The notes: generated by a model not told the origin, from the sequence alone. Numbered from the stretch's first letter, positions 27,450 through 37,654 are shown. The stretch is DNA of 64,000 nt from Coriobacteriia bacterium (GCA_025361885.1 JANYJF010000008.1:3800-67799); one strand, 5' to 3'. Numbers and translations are program-made.

Positions 27450-28208
27450 TCAGCTTCCGGTCTTGAGGGTGATCTCCGCGTTCGCCTTGGTCGGCAGCGT
27501 GACTTTGGCGCCGTCTTTGGTCACGGTCACTGCCGCCGGTTTGGCCACCTGCAGTGTCACGGACTTGGTCACGAACCATTCGCGGCTCTCGCCCGCCTGC
27601 AGCGTGCCGTTGTAGGCGCTGAGGCCATCGACGGTCGCCGCGACGAACGAGGCTTGGCCGGGGCGCACGGTCACCCTGAGCTTGAAGGTAGCGTTGACAG
27701 GGGTGACGACGCTGGTTGCCTCCGCGGCTCCGGGCGAGGCGGTGACGCCCTTCGTGGCGGATGCCTCGGAGGTCGTCGGGAGCGCCGAGGTTCCCTTGGC
27801 GGGAATCATGCGGCCGATGCCGAAGATCAGCAGGAGCACTACGACGACACCGCCTGCGACGACGAGCCACGTCTGAGGCGGGATGCCGTGCTCCTGGTGC
27901 CGATCCGCGACGACGGTCTCAACGGGGACCTGGCTCAGGTAGAGTTCCGCCGGATGCGCAGGCTTCGAGGAGGCGAGCCTGGCCTCCGTGCGGTACTGCT
28001 CGAGCAGCGGTCCAGCCGGGATCTCCAGGTAGCGAGCGTAGCTCTGGATGTAGCCCTTGACGTAGGCCTCGCTGGGAAGCTCGTTCCAGCGACCGTCTTC
28101 GAGGGCCTCGACGAGGCGCGAGCGGATCTTGGTGCCCTCGACGACGTCGGCGAGCGACTTGCCCTGCCGCCTTCGCTCGCCGGATAGCGTTTCTCCAACC
28201 GAACTCAT
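27450..28208 (-). CDS. RodZ-like protein (XRE-type HTH, one TM helix, DUF4115-like C-terminal domain)
   Basis: The start was reset to MSSVGETLSGERRRQGKSLADVVEGTKIR. TM helix WLVVAGGVVVVLLLIFGIG, followed by a C-terminal beta-rich domain. Confidence 0.7.
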   Translation of the reverse strand: MSSVGETLSGERRRQGKSLADVVEGTKIRSRLVEALEDGRWNELPSEAYVKGYIQSYARYLEIPAGPLLEQYRTEARLASSKPAHPAELYLSQVPVETVVADRHQEHGIPPQTWLVVAGGVVVVLLLIFGIGRMIPAKGTSALPTTSEASATKGVTASPGAAEATSVVTPVNATFKLRVTVRPGQASFVAATVDGLSAYNGTLQAGESREWFVTKSVTLQVAKPAAVTVTKDGAKVTLPTKANAEITLKTGS

Positions 28209-28281
28209 CGTATCGTCCGTCCTGAGATGTTCCGCTGTACAGCGGCGGCCCACGCGAGATTGTAGCCCATTGATGCGTTCG

Positions 28282-30525
28282 TCATGCTTCTCCCCCATCA
28301 TCGGGGTCGGTGCGCTCGAACGCCTTGATCGACTCCAGGTCCTCGATATCCACGAGCACATCGCGCGGCTTGGAGCCGTCGGGGGCGCCGACGATGCCTT
28401 TCTGCTCAAGCATGTCCATGATACGGCCGGCGCGGGAGTAGCCCACCTTCAGGCGCCTCTGGAGTAGCGAGGTCGAGCCGATCCCGGATGTCACGACGAT
28501 GTCGGCGGCATCCCAGATCAGAGGATCGTCGTCATCGTCCCCGCCAGCCACGCCGCCACCAGCGGCAGCTACCTTGAGGTGGAGGATCTCCTCATGGTAG
28601 TCGGGCTCGGCCTGCTTCTTCAGGTGGTCGACGACCGCGTTGATCTCGTCCTCGGACACGAACGCGCCCTGGACGCGCTTCGGCTTGTTCAGCGAAGGCG
28701 TCGACAGGAGCATGTCACCGAGGCCGACGAGCTTCTCCGCGCCCGTCTGGTCGAGGATGACCCGGCTATCGATCGACGAGCCCACCATGAACGCGATCCG
28801 GTGGGTGATATTGGTCTTGATCAGCCCCGTGATGATGTCGGTCGATGGGCGCTGCGTGGCGACTATGAGGTGGATGCCCGCGGCGCGGGCGAGCTGCGCC
28901 AGGCGACAAATGGAGTCCTCGACCTCGCGCGCGGCTACCATCATGAGGTCGGCGAGCTCGTCGATCACGATCACGATATAGGGCATCGCCTCGGCTCCCT
29001 CGGGAGCGCGGCCCTCGGCCACCATGCCGTTGTACATCGCGATGTTGCGCGCGCTGGCCTTCTGCAGCCGGCGGAGGCGCTGTTCCATCTCGGTGACGGC
29101 CCAGGCCAAAGCGCTCGCTGCCTCCTTGGATTCGGTGACGACCGGAACGTAGAGGTGCGGGATGCCGTTGTACTGCGACAACTCGATGCGCTTCGGGTCG
29201 ATGAGGATGAGCCGGACCTCCGCGGGCGTGGCCCGCATGATCAGCGACATGAGCAGGGCGTTGATGCACACCGACTTGCCCGTGCCGGTCGAGCCTGCGA
29301 TGAGCAGGTGAGGCATGCGCGCCAGGTCCTCGATGACGCGCTCTCCCGCCACGTCCTTGCCGATGCCGAGCAGCAGTGGGCTGGAATCAGGGAGGTTCGC
29401 GCCGAGCAGCACGTCGCCGAGGGTGACCGTGCTGCGCAGGTCGTTGGGAACCTCGATGCCGATGAGCGCCTCGCCCGGGATGGGCGCCAGCACGCGCACC
29501 ACGGTCGCGGCCAGCGCGAGGGCGACGTCGTCGGACAGAGCGGTGACGCGGCTGACCTTCACCCCCTTCGCAAGCTGGATCTTGAACAGGGTGACGGTCG
29601 GTCCGGGGACCCACGTGGTCACGCGGGCCGGGATGTCGAATGTGGCGAGGGTCTGCTCGATGAGAAGAGCGGTGTTGCGGAGCTCCTTGTCCGAGGCCCG
29701 CGTGGCCGCGGTATGCGGGCTGACGGTCAGAGCGGTCAGCGGCGGCAGGACGAAGCCTTCCATGGGCCGCGGCCCGACGACGCGCGATGTGGGTACGGTG
29801 CGGCGCGCGGACTCGGGGTCGGCGCGCCGCGGCTTGGCCGTGGCCGCGTCCTGTGCTGCGAAGGGTCCCCCAGCGGCCGCGCTGAGGTCCTCGAGCGGCA
29901 TCGTCTTGGCCCCGGCGCGAACACGCCGCTGCGGCCGGAGGTCCTCTTCGACGGGCTCGGGTCCGAACATCTCGCGGAGTCGGTTGTACGTCTCGGCGAC
30001 GGTGACGCCGGTGGCCAGGATCACGCCGATGAGCATGAGCGCCACCAGGATCACGTAGCCGATGACGGAACCGGTGGTCTTGAGCAGCGCCCAGGCGACG
30101 CCGCCGCCGAGGTAGCCGCCGTACGCTTCCAGGTTCTCGCTGGCCCACCAGAGTGTGAGCGGTGCAGGCGACGCGAGCGCGACCATCGTGATGAACGACG
30201 CGAATGCGAGTCCGAGTCCGCCGCCCACGGTCCACTCGCGCATGTGGAACCGCTCGAAGAAGAACGTGAGTCCCCATGCGAAGAGGAAGAGTGCGATCGC
30301 GTAACGTCCGATCCCGAACGCGAGGCCCAGGCCTGTGGAGATCGCGCCGGGCAGCGGAGCGTCGGCGCGGGTGAGAACGGCGATGAGCACCGCCACCGCA
30401 AGGGCCGTCAGTCCGATGCCGTAGATGTCCTTGACGATGCCCGGATCGAGTCCGAGTGGACCCTTGGATGGTTCTGGAGCGGGCCTCTTGCGGCCGCCCG
30501 TGCTGCGTTTACGGGTCTGCGCCAA
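28282..30525 (-). CDS. ftsK: DNA translocase FtsK
   Basis: 4 N-terminal TM helices, a linker, a motor domain (GSTGTGKS Walker A, VIVIDELADL) and a gamma-domain wHTH. The TTG start is uncertain. Confidence 0.93.
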   Translation of the reverse strand: MAQTRKRSTGGRKRPAPEPSKGPLGLDPGIVKDIYGIGLTALAVAVLIAVLTRADAPLPGAISTGLGLAFGIGRYAIALFLFAWGLTFFFERFHMREWTVGGGLGLAFASFITMVALASPAPLTLWWASENLEAYGGYLGGGVAWALLKTTGSVIGYVILVALMLIGVILATGVTVAETYNRLREMFGPEPVEEDLRPQRRVRAGAKTMPLEDLSAAAGGPFAAQDAATAKPRRADPESARRTVPTSRVVGPRPMEGFVLPPLTALTVSPHTAATRASDKELRNTALLIEQTLATFDIPARVTTWVPGPTVTLFKIQLAKGVKVSRVTALSDDVALALAATVVRVLAPIPGEALIGIEVPNDLRSTVTLGDVLLGANLPDSSPLLLGIGKDVAGERVIEDLARMPHLLIAGSTGTGKSVCINALLMSLIMRATPAEVRLILIDPKRIELSQYNGIPHLYVPVVTESKEAASALAWAVTEMEQRLRRLQKASARNIAMYNGMVAEGRAPEGAEAMPYIVIVIDELADLMMVAAREVEDSICRLAQLARAAGIHLIVATQRPSTDIITGLIKTNITHRIAFMVGSSIDSRVILDQTGAEKLVGLGDMLLSTPSLNKPKRVQGAFVSEDEINAVVDHLKKQAEPDYHEEILHLKVAAAGGGVAGGDDDDDPLIWDAADIVVTSGIGSTSLLQRRLKVGYSRAGRIMDMLEQKGIVGAPDGSKPRDVLVDIEDLESIKAFERTDPDDGGEA

Positions 30526-30641
30526 TTGCTGTCTCCATGTCGGTCGGTGTCACGGAGCGTGGATGAGTGCGCGGGAGGCGTTCGATCACCCGCGTGCAGG
30601 TCGTGATAAGTATAGACCCACGCCTGTCCGCCCGGGACCCG

Positions 30642-31448
30642 TCAGCCCCGGAAGAGGTAGAGCGCGATCACGAAGACGCCGAGCGCGATGCGGTACCACA
30701 TGAACACCGAGAACGAGTGCTTGTGCAGGTACTTGAGCATCAGGCGCATGAACACGAGTGAGGAGATCGCAGCGGCCACGAACCCGAGCCCCCAGTCGAG
30801 CGACAGCAGCCGGCCTATCGGAACGTGTCGCAGTCCGAAGACCGCGCCGCCGGCGATGATCGGCAGCGCAGCCATGAACGAGTACTTGGCGATCCCTTCG
30901 CGCGACAGGCCGAGCCCACGTCCTACCGTCATGGTTGCTCCGGATCGGGAGACTCCCGGGACGATCGCTGCGGCCTGCGCGAGGCCGATCCACCCCGCAC
31001 GCTGCCACGTCATCGACTCAAAGGGGTCCTGTCTAGTGGTGTGGCGGTCCACGGCCCACAGCAGCACACCGAAGACGATGAGCGTCGAGCCTATGAGCCA
31101 CGGCGCCCGGAACGCGGTCTGGACCTGCTTCTCGAGCAGGACGCCGAAGATGGCGCCTGGCACCGACGTCAGCAGCAGGAAGCCGGCGAGCTTGAGCTGG
31201 AGCGGTTCGCGGTTCGCGATGCCCTTGGCGAGCACGACCCAGTCGCCCCACAAGGCGATGAGGATCGCGATGGTCGAGCCCGCGTGCAGCGCGATGTCGA
31301 ACTGCACGGTGCTCGTGAATGCGAGCGCGGCGTCGTGCTGGAGCCCGAAGATCCACGGGATCAGAGTCAGATGCGCCGACGACGACACCGGCAGGAATTC
31401 GGCAAGGCCCTGAACGAGCCCGAGGATGACGGCCCACACATGCGCCAC
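30642..31448 (-). CDS. uppP: undecaprenyl-diphosphate phosphatase
   Basis: GLAEFLPVSSSAHL and PGVSRSG motifs; 268 aa; it starts 3 nt after the rnj stop. Confidence 0.9.
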   Translation of the reverse strand: MAHVWAVILGLVQGLAEFLPVSSSAHLTLIPWIFGLQHDAALAFTSTVQFDIALHAGSTIAILIALWGDWVVLAKGIANREPLQLKLAGFLLLTSVPGAIFGVLLEKQVQTAFRAPWLIGSTLIVFGVLLWAVDRHTTRQDPFESMTWQRAGWIGLAQAAAIVPGVSRSGATMTVGRGLGLSREGIAKYSFMAALPIIAGGAVFGLRHVPIGRLLSLDWGLGFVAAAISSLVFMRLMLKYLHKHSFSVFMWYRIALGVFVIALYLFRG

Positions 31449-31451
31449 GCG

Positions 31452-33122
31452 CTACACCTCCACGACGATAGGGATGATCATGGGGCGGCGACGTACCCGC
31501 TCCCACATGAACTGCGACAGTGCCTCGCGCACCGCACGCTGGATGACGCTCTGGTCGGTCGCGTGCTCACGCTGCGTCTTGGCGAGCGCCTTGCCGACGC
31601 GCTCGCGCGCCTCGACGAGCAGATCGTCAGCCCCGGCGCCATGGACGAGCCCACGCGTCACGATCTCGATGTCGCCCACGAGCTTGCCCGTCTGGGTGTC
31701 CACGGCGATGACCACCGTCGCTATGCCGTCCTGGCTGAGCAACTGGCGGTCGCGAAGGACAACCTGGCCGACCTCGCCCACGGAGAGTCCGTCCACGAAC
31801 ACCACGCCGGACTGGACGTGCTCCGCCACCTTTGCACCGTTCTCGGTGATCTCGAGGGCGGCACCGTTCTCGAGCACGAAGATGTCCTCCGCGGCCATGC
31901 CGACCGCCTGTGCGATTCGGCTGTGCGCCACCAGGTGCCGCGTCTCGCCGTGTACAGGCATGAAGAATCGCGGCTTGACCAGCTGGAGCATCAGCTTCAG
32001 CTCCTCGGCTGACGCATGTCCGGAGACGTGGACGTCGGCAGTCGGGCGGTAGTGGACCTCGGCGCCGGCCTTGAACAGCCTGTTGATGACGCGGCTGACG
32101 GCCTTCTCGTTACCGGGGACCGGGGTCGCGGCGAGTATGACGGTGTCGCCCTTCTCGATCGAGACGGTGCGATGGTCGGCGTTCGCCATACGTGCCAGCG
32201 CGGACAGCGGCTCGCCCTGACTGCCGGTCGACATGATGACGACATCCTCGGGAGGCAGGTCGCCCGCGTCGAACGCGTCGATGATGTCCTTGTCGTCGAT
32301 GTGCAGGTAGCCCAGCTCTCGCGCTATGCGCGTGTTGTTGACCATCGAGCGTCCCGTGACCACGACCTTGCGCCCGGACGCGACCGCCGCGTCACAGACC
32401 TGCTGCACCCGATGCACGTGGCTCGAGAACGACGCGACGATGACCCGCTGTGGTGCTTCGGAGATGATCCTCGCGAGCGTAGGACCGACTGATGCCTCGG
32501 ACCTGGTGTATCCGGGCGATTCGGCGCCTGTGGAGTCCGAGAGCAGCAGCAGCACGCCATCCTTGCCCGCCTTGCTGAGCGCGGCGTAGTCGGTGGCGCG
32601 TCCATCGATGGGCGTCTGGTCGAGCTTGAAATCGCCCGTGTGCAGGATGTTGCCTACCGGCGTTCGGATGAGCAGTGCCACCGCGTCGGGGATCGAGTGG
32701 TTCATGCTGATGAAGTCGAGTCCGAAGATGCCGAGGTTGACGTGCATCCCATCGCGTATCTCGCGGAGCTTCGGCTTCATGATCTTGTGTTCCTCGAGCT
32801 TGACACCGATCAGTCCGAGCGTGAGCTTCGTGCCCAGGATCGGCACGCGCTCCCCCACCTCTTTCAGCAGGTACGGCAATGCGCCCGTGTGGTCCTCGTG
32901 GCCGTGTGTGATGACGATGCCCCGCAACTTGCTGACCCGCTTCACCACGTAGGAGAAGTCGGGAAGAACGAGGTCGACTCCCGGAGTGTCCGCGTCGGGG
33001 AACATCAGACCGGCGTCGACGAGGATCATGTCCTCGCCGTACTCGATCACAGTCATGTTCTTGCCGATCTCGTCGAGCCCACCCAGAGGTATGACGCGCA
33101 GGCGCGTCTTCTTGCTTGTCAT
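31452..33122 (-). CDS. rnj: ribonuclease J
   Basis: The start was reset to MTSKKTRLRVIPLGGLDEIGKNM. Metallo-beta-lactamase motif HGHEDH, followed by beta-CASP and C-terminal domains. Confidence 0.92.
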   Translation of the reverse strand: MTSKKTRLRVIPLGGLDEIGKNMTVIEYGEDMILVDAGLMFPDADTPGVDLVLPDFSYVVKRVSKLRGIVITHGHEDHTGALPYLLKEVGERVPILGTKLTLGLIGVKLEEHKIMKPKLREIRDGMHVNLGIFGLDFISMNHSIPDAVALLIRTPVGNILHTGDFKLDQTPIDGRATDYAALSKAGKDGVLLLLSDSTGAESPGYTRSEASVGPTLARIISEAPQRVIVASFSSHVHRVQQVCDAAVASGRKVVVTGRSMVNNTRIARELGYLHIDDKDIIDAFDAGDLPPEDVVIMSTGSQGEPLSALARMANADHRTVSIEKGDTVILAATPVPGNEKAVSRVINRLFKAGAEVHYRPTADVHVSGHASAEELKLMLQLVKPRFFMPVHGETRHLVAHSRIAQAVGMAAEDIFVLENGAALEITENGAKVAEHVQSGVVFVDGLSVGEVGQVVLRDRQLLSQDGIATVVIAVDTQTGKLVGDIEIVTRGLVHGAGADDLLVEARERVGKALAKTQREHATDQSVIQRAVREALSQFMWERVRRRPMIIPIVVEV

Positions 33123-33155
33123 CTGTGGATCAAGCCTTCTTCCCGTGCTATCGCA

Positions 33156-33198
33156 CGACGGGCGTCCCCGGCACCGTATCTGCCGGGCGACCCCGTCG
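33156..33198 (-). promoter_or_regulatory. long interrupted stem-loop between dapA and rnj (terminator or rnj leader element)
   Basis: On the minus strand: CGACGGG-gtcg-CCCGGCA-gatacgg-TGCCGGG-gacg-CCCGTCG, two 7-bp stems separated by a 4x4 internal loop. Confidence 0.45.
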
Positions 33199-33222
33199 CA
33201 TCTGTCGTATTCGTCGTGGCCG

Positions 33223-34122
33223 CTACAGGAGGCCGGTATGCTCGAGCACGCGTCGAAGCTCCGCGCTCTGCTCGGGCGTTGGGGGCACGAGAGGCAGCCG
33301 ACAGCCGCCCACGTCGAAGCCCGTGATCGCGAGGGCATCCTTGACCATGATCGGGTTCGCCGTGATGAACAGCGCCTTGAACAGGGGCAGCATCTCGAGG
33401 TGCAGCTTCAACGCGCGGGTGTGCTCACCGTCGGCCTGCGCATACACCATCTCGCGCAACGCGGGTCCCGCCACATGGGACGCGACGGAGATCACCCCGG
33501 TGCCCCCGAGTCCCATCATGGGCAGTGTGTCCTCGTCGCTCCCCGAGAGCACCTCGAAGCCCTCGGGAGCTCCGTCGATGATCTGGGCGATCTGGGCGAG
33601 GTTCCCGCTGGCCTCCTTGACCGCGACGATGTTCTCGCAATCGTGAGCCAGGCGCAGGGTGGTCTCCGCTGTCATGTTGATCACGGAGCGGCCAGGGATG
33701 TTGTAGAGGATGACCGGCACGTCTACCGACTCAGCGATGGAGCGGAAGTGGCGGTACAGACCCTCCTGCGGTGGCTTGTTGTAATACGGCACGACCGCCA
33801 TGATCGCGTCCACGCCGAGGCTGGCCACCCGCTGCGCGAACTCCACGGAGTCGGCGGTGCAATTGTCGCCGGCGTTCGCGATGATCGGTGCGCGGCCGTC
33901 GACCGCCTCCATCACCGCGCGGAACAGCTCGAGCTTCTGGTCGTAGAAGACCGTGGGCGACTCGCCCGTGGTACCGCAGACGACCAGCGCCTCGCTGCCC
34001 GAGTCGAGCAATCGGCTGGCCAGCTGCTGGGCGCGAGGGATGTCTAGAGCGAGGTCAGGGGTGAAGGGGGTGACCATCGCGGTAATCAGTCGTCCGAATC
34101 GTGGGTTCGCCACGGGTCTCAT
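33223..34122 (-). CDS. dapA: 4-hydroxy-tetrahydrodipicolinate synthase
   Basis: ITAMVTPF, GTTGES, and the catalytic Lys context IVAVKEASG. Confidence 0.92.
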   Translation of the reverse strand: MRPVANPRFGRLITAMVTPFTPDLALDIPRAQQLASRLLDSGSEALVVCGTTGESPTVFYDQKLELFRAVMEAVDGRAPIIANAGDNCTADSVEFAQRVASLGVDAIMAVVPYYNKPPQEGLYRHFRSIAESVDVPVILYNIPGRSVINMTAETTLRLAHDCENIVAVKEASGNLAQIAQIIDGAPEGFEVLSGSDEDTLPMMGLGGTGVISVASHVAGPALREMVYAQADGEHTRALKLHLEMLPLFKALFITANPIMVKDALAITGFDVGGCRLPLVPPTPEQSAELRRVLEHTGLL

Positions 34123-34180
34123 CTCCTATGTGGAACCGGTTTCCCGACCACCATTGTGCCATACGTCACCGACATCGCCC

Positions 34181-34214
34181 GCGCCGTCGTTGCGCAGCTG
34201 TGAAACGACGGCGC
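34181..34214 (-). terminator. strong stem-loop immediately after the lysC stop
   Basis: GCGCCGTCGTT-12 nt-AACGACGGCGC (11-bp perfect stem). Confidence 0.6.
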
Positions 34215-34215
34215 T

Positions 34216-35448
34216 CTAGGTGCCGAGTCCGAAGGCTCGATGCAGGGCGGCGATGGCCTTGCGCTTGTGCGCCGAGGCGACCAGGACCGAGATCGTCGTG
34301 TGGGAGTCGGCCACCTGCAGGACATCGACGCCGGCATGGCTGAGCGCCGCCGCCACCCGCGCCATGACGCCGGGCACGCCGTGCATGCCGGCGCCGACAA
34401 GTGTGACTCTCGCCAGCCCGGTCTCCGTCGCATACGGCAGGCCTATGGGGTCGAGGGCGCGCATCGCGTCTGGAAGCGAAGGCTCTGCCAACGAGAAGAC
34501 GAGGCTCGCGCCGAAGGGGGTGAACATGTCCAGGCTGACCTGCGCGGCGGCCATCGCAGCGAACACGCGGGTCATCTCGTCCATCGCGCCGGTCTGGTCC
34601 TCCTCAGCGGGAAGGTGCACCGTGATGCGAGCGACGCCGTCGGTATGGGACACCGAGGTCGCGACAGAGGCACGGCGTACCTTCGCGATGCGCTCGGCGT
34701 CCACGATCAAGGTTCCCGCGGCGTCGGAGAACGTGTTGCGGATGCGGACCGGTATGCGTGCATCCATCGCGATCTCGGCGGCCGACGCGTGCATGATGCG
34801 GGCGCCGTGACGGGCCATCTCGAAGAGTTCCTCGTACTCGAGGGCGTCGAGCACCCGTGCCAGCTCGCACACACGCGGGTCGGCGGTCATGACACCGTCG
34901 ACGTCCGTGTAGATCTCGACCGCCTCGGCGGACAGCGCCGCGGCGATGGCGCACGCGCTCGTGTCCGAACCTCCGCGTCCGAGCGTCGTGACCTCTCCCG
35001 CCGGGCTGATACCCTGGAAGCCGGCGACAACGGGCACACGGCCGTCGGCGAGCGCGGCCGTGAGCGCGGTGGGATCCACGAGAAGGACGGTCGCGTTTCC
35101 GTGCAGGTCGTCCGTCAGGACACCGGCGTCCGGGCCCGAGAACGCCATCGCGGGGATCCCGGCGCCTCTGAGTCGGTGCGCGACAACGACCGATGAGACG
35201 ATCTCGCCGCACGATGCGAGCAGGTCGCTCTCGCGGGCGTCGCGCTCGGCGCCGCCCACCAGCGACAGCAGTGTATCGGTGGCGTACGGACTGCCCTTTC
35301 GGCCCATCGCCGAGACGACCACGATCACATCGTGGCCCGACTCGATCGCAGCGCTCACCCGAGCCGCGAGCGCCGAGCGTCCCTCGCGCGTCGCCACCGA
35401 TGTGCCGCCGAACTTCTGCACGATCACCGGACGAGTGGCACCGGCCAC
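34216..35448 (-). CDS. lysC: aspartate kinase with two ACT domains
   Basis: The GTG start 35448 is preceded by GGAGGA inside the dapB 3' end. VIVQKFGGTSV, followed by C-terminal ACT repeats. Confidence 0.9.
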   Translation of the reverse strand: MAGATRPVIVQKFGGTSVATREGRSALAARVSAAIESGHDVIVVVSAMGRKGSPYATDTLLSLVGGAERDARESDLLASCGEIVSSVVVAHRLRGAGIPAMAFSGPDAGVLTDDLHGNATVLLVDPTALTAALADGRVPVVAGFQGISPAGEVTTLGRGGSDTSACAIAAALSAEAVEIYTDVDGVMTADPRVCELARVLDALEYEELFEMARHGARIMHASAAEIAMDARIPVRIRNTFSDAAGTLIVDAERIAKVRRASVATSVSHTDGVARITVHLPAEEDQTGAMDEMTRVFAAMAAAQVSLDMFTPFGASLVFSLAEPSLPDAMRALDPIGLPYATETGLARVTLVGAGMHGVPGVMARVAAALSHAGVDVLQVADSHTTISVLVASAHKRKAIAALHRAFGLGT

Positions 35449-35449
35449 G

Positions 35450-36232
35450 TCAGTCCTCCATGAACGCGTCGAGGCCCATGATGAAGCCCGCGTGCTCGCC
35501 GACCGCGCGCACGGCGAGGACGACACCCGGCATGAAGCTCGTGCGGTCGATCGAGTCGTGGCGCAGGGTGAGGGTCTGACCCACCCCGCCGAAGATGACC
35601 TCCTGATGTGCGACGAGCCCGGGAAGACGGATCGAGTGGACGGAGACGCCGTCGACCAGCGCGCCTCGTGCGCCTTCGGCGATCTCGGTCTCGCGGCCGG
35701 GAGCGGCCGGGACCTCGCGTCGTGCCCCGGCGATGATCGCCGCCGTGAGGATGGCAGTGCCTGAGGGCGCGTCGGCCTTGCGGTCGTGATGCAACTCGAT
35801 GATCTCGACGTGCGGCATGTAGTGGGCCGCCTGTCCTGCGAACCGCATGAGCAGCACGGCGCCGATCGCGAAGTTCGGAGCCATGAACAGGCACGGGCCG
35901 GGGTTCTCGGTGGACAACGCCTGGAGCAGGGCCAGTGACACGCCGGTCGTGCCCACGACGCAGTGCACGCCGGCGGCGAGGGCGGTGCGAACGTTGCCCT
36001 CGACCGCGGTGGGGTGCGTGAAATCGACCATGACGTGCGGCACGGTCTGGGCTATGGCGGCGGTCAGGTCGCCCATGACCACGATCGTCGCGCCAGCTCC
36101 GTCGTTCACAACGCCGCCCGCCGCGTTCGGATCCACGGCGGCGACCACACGCATCCCGTCCGCGGCCGTGACCGCCCTGACGACCTCGCCGCCCATGCGA
36201 CCGGCTGCGCCGCTGACCAGTACGTCTATCAT
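35450..36232 (-). CDS. dapB: 4-hydroxy-tetrahydrodipicolinate reductase
   Basis: VLVSGAAGRMG Rossmann motif, ELHHDRKADAPSGTA. Confidence 0.92.
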   Translation of the reverse strand: MIDVLVSGAAGRMGGEVVRAVTAADGMRVVAAVDPNAAGGVVNDGAGATIVVMGDLTAAIAQTVPHVMVDFTHPTAVEGNVRTALAAGVHCVVGTTGVSLALLQALSTENPGPCLFMAPNFAIGAVLLMRFAGQAAHYMPHVEIIELHHDRKADAPSGTAILTAAIIAGARREVPAAPGRETEIAEGARGALVDGVSVHSIRLPGLVAHQEVIFGGVGQTLTLRHDSIDRTSFMPGVVLAVRAVGEHAGFIMGLDAFMED

Positions 36233-36260
36233 CGCGATGCCCCCCTTACCTCGCTTGCCG

Positions 36261-37520
36261 CTAGCCGAGCAGATGCGTGACTGCGCCGATATCGTGCGGG
36301 CCCACTATGGCCAGCACTCGCGGCTGCGTAAGCATGTCGACAGCCACACGTGCCACCCAGTCGCGGTCGACGGCCTCGATGCGGTCGACGAGCTCGTCCA
36401 TCGTGAGGATGGTCCCGTGCGTGATCTCGCTCTTGCCGAGGCGGACCATGCGGTTCGACGTGCTCTCGAGTCCCAGCACCATCGAACCCTTGATAGACTC
36501 CTTGGCGCGATGCAACTCGTCCTCGGTCACGCCGGAATCGAGTATGCGCTCGACCTCGGCCTGGATGAGACGGACGACCTGCTCGGTGTTCTCCGGGCGA
36601 GTGCCGGCGTAGACGGTGTAGGCGCCGGTGTCCAAGAACAGCGAGTGATAGGAGAAGACGGCGTACGCGAGTCCCCTCTTTTCCCGGATCTCCTGGAACA
36701 GGCGCGAGGACATGCCGCCGCCCAGGATCGCGTCCATCACGCCGAGAGCGAAGCGGTCCGGGTGCTGCGCGTGCAGTCCGGCCACTCCCCAGCAGATGTG
36801 CGCCTGCTCGGTGTCCTTGGTGACCACTTGGAGGCGCGACTCCACAGAAGGCGTCACATGCGGGCGTTCGTGGCGCGGACCTTCGGGAAGACGCAGGTTC
36901 TCCTCCACGAGGGCGACGATAGCTTCGTGCTCCATGTGGCCCGACGCCACGACCACGACGTCGCCCGTGCGGTAGTGACGCGACACGTAGTCCTTCGACG
37001 CCGCGTTGCCGAAACCACCGACCGTCTCACGGCGGCCGAGCACAGGACGGCCGACCGGGTGGTCGCCCCACAGCGCGGACGCGAACAGGTCGTGGACCTT
37101 GTCGTCCGGAGTGTCCTCGTGACGGGAGATCTCCTCGAGCACGACCTCGCGCTCAGACTCGCATGCGTCGTCGGCCATGAGCGAGTGGGAGACCATGTCA
37201 GAAAGCGCCTCGATGGCGGGCCCGACGTTGGTGTCCAGAACGCGCGAGTAGTAGCAGGTGTACTCCTTGCCGGTGAATGCGTTGAGCTCAGCGCCCATGC
37301 GGTCGAAGGTCTCGGAGATCTCGGCGGCGGTACGCGTCGGCGTGCCCTTGAACATCATGTGCTCGATGAAGTGCGACATCCCGGCCTCTTCGGGTGCCTC
37401 GTCGCGACTTCCGACGGCGGCCCAGATGCCGATCGCCACGGAGCGCACGGTGTCGATCCGCTCGCTCAAGACGGTGATGCCAGTCGAGGTGACACTGCGG
37501 TCGTAGAAGGTATCGCTCAC
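36261..37520 (-). CDS. M16 family zinc peptidase (insulinase-like)
   Basis: GTG start 37520 with GGAGAG upstream. HFIEHMMFKG contains the inverted zinc motif HxxEH. This is the conserved position downstream of pnp in Actinobacteria. Confidence 0.85.
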   Translation of the reverse strand: MSDTFYDRSVTSTGITVLSERIDTVRSVAIGIWAAVGSRDEAPEEAGMSHFIEHMMFKGTPTRTAAEISETFDRMGAELNAFTGKEYTCYYSRVLDTNVGPAIEALSDMVSHSLMADDACESEREVVLEEISRHEDTPDDKVHDLFASALWGDHPVGRPVLGRRETVGGFGNAASKDYVSRHYRTGDVVVVASGHMEHEAIVALVEENLRLPEGPRHERPHVTPSVESRLQVVTKDTEQAHICWGVAGLHAQHPDRFALGVMDAILGGGMSSRLFQEIREKRGLAYAVFSYHSLFLDTGAYTVYAGTRPENTEQVVRLIQAEVERILDSGVTEDELHRAKESIKGSMVLGLESTSNRMVRLGKSEITHGTILTMDELVDRIEAVDRDWVARVAVDMLTQPRVLAIVGPHDIGAVTHLLG

Positions 37521-37654
37521 GTCTGTCTCTCCGTCGGTTGCGATGAAAGGCCGGTCAAGGACGCAGGCCCGGCAGGCGGTTCCTGAATCCCAAGTTCGGA
37601 CTAGGGTACCGCCCGCCGGGCCGGCGGGCACGTCATGTATCCGAACCGTGGGTG

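Noticed and set aside
34123-34215. Lysine riboswitch (L-box) upstream of dapA or lysC.
   Set aside because: The spacers are only about 93 nt (dapA) and 1 nt (lysC). The dapA spacer is mostly taken up by a simple 11-bp terminator hairpin, which is far too small for the five-helix L-box of about 180 nt.
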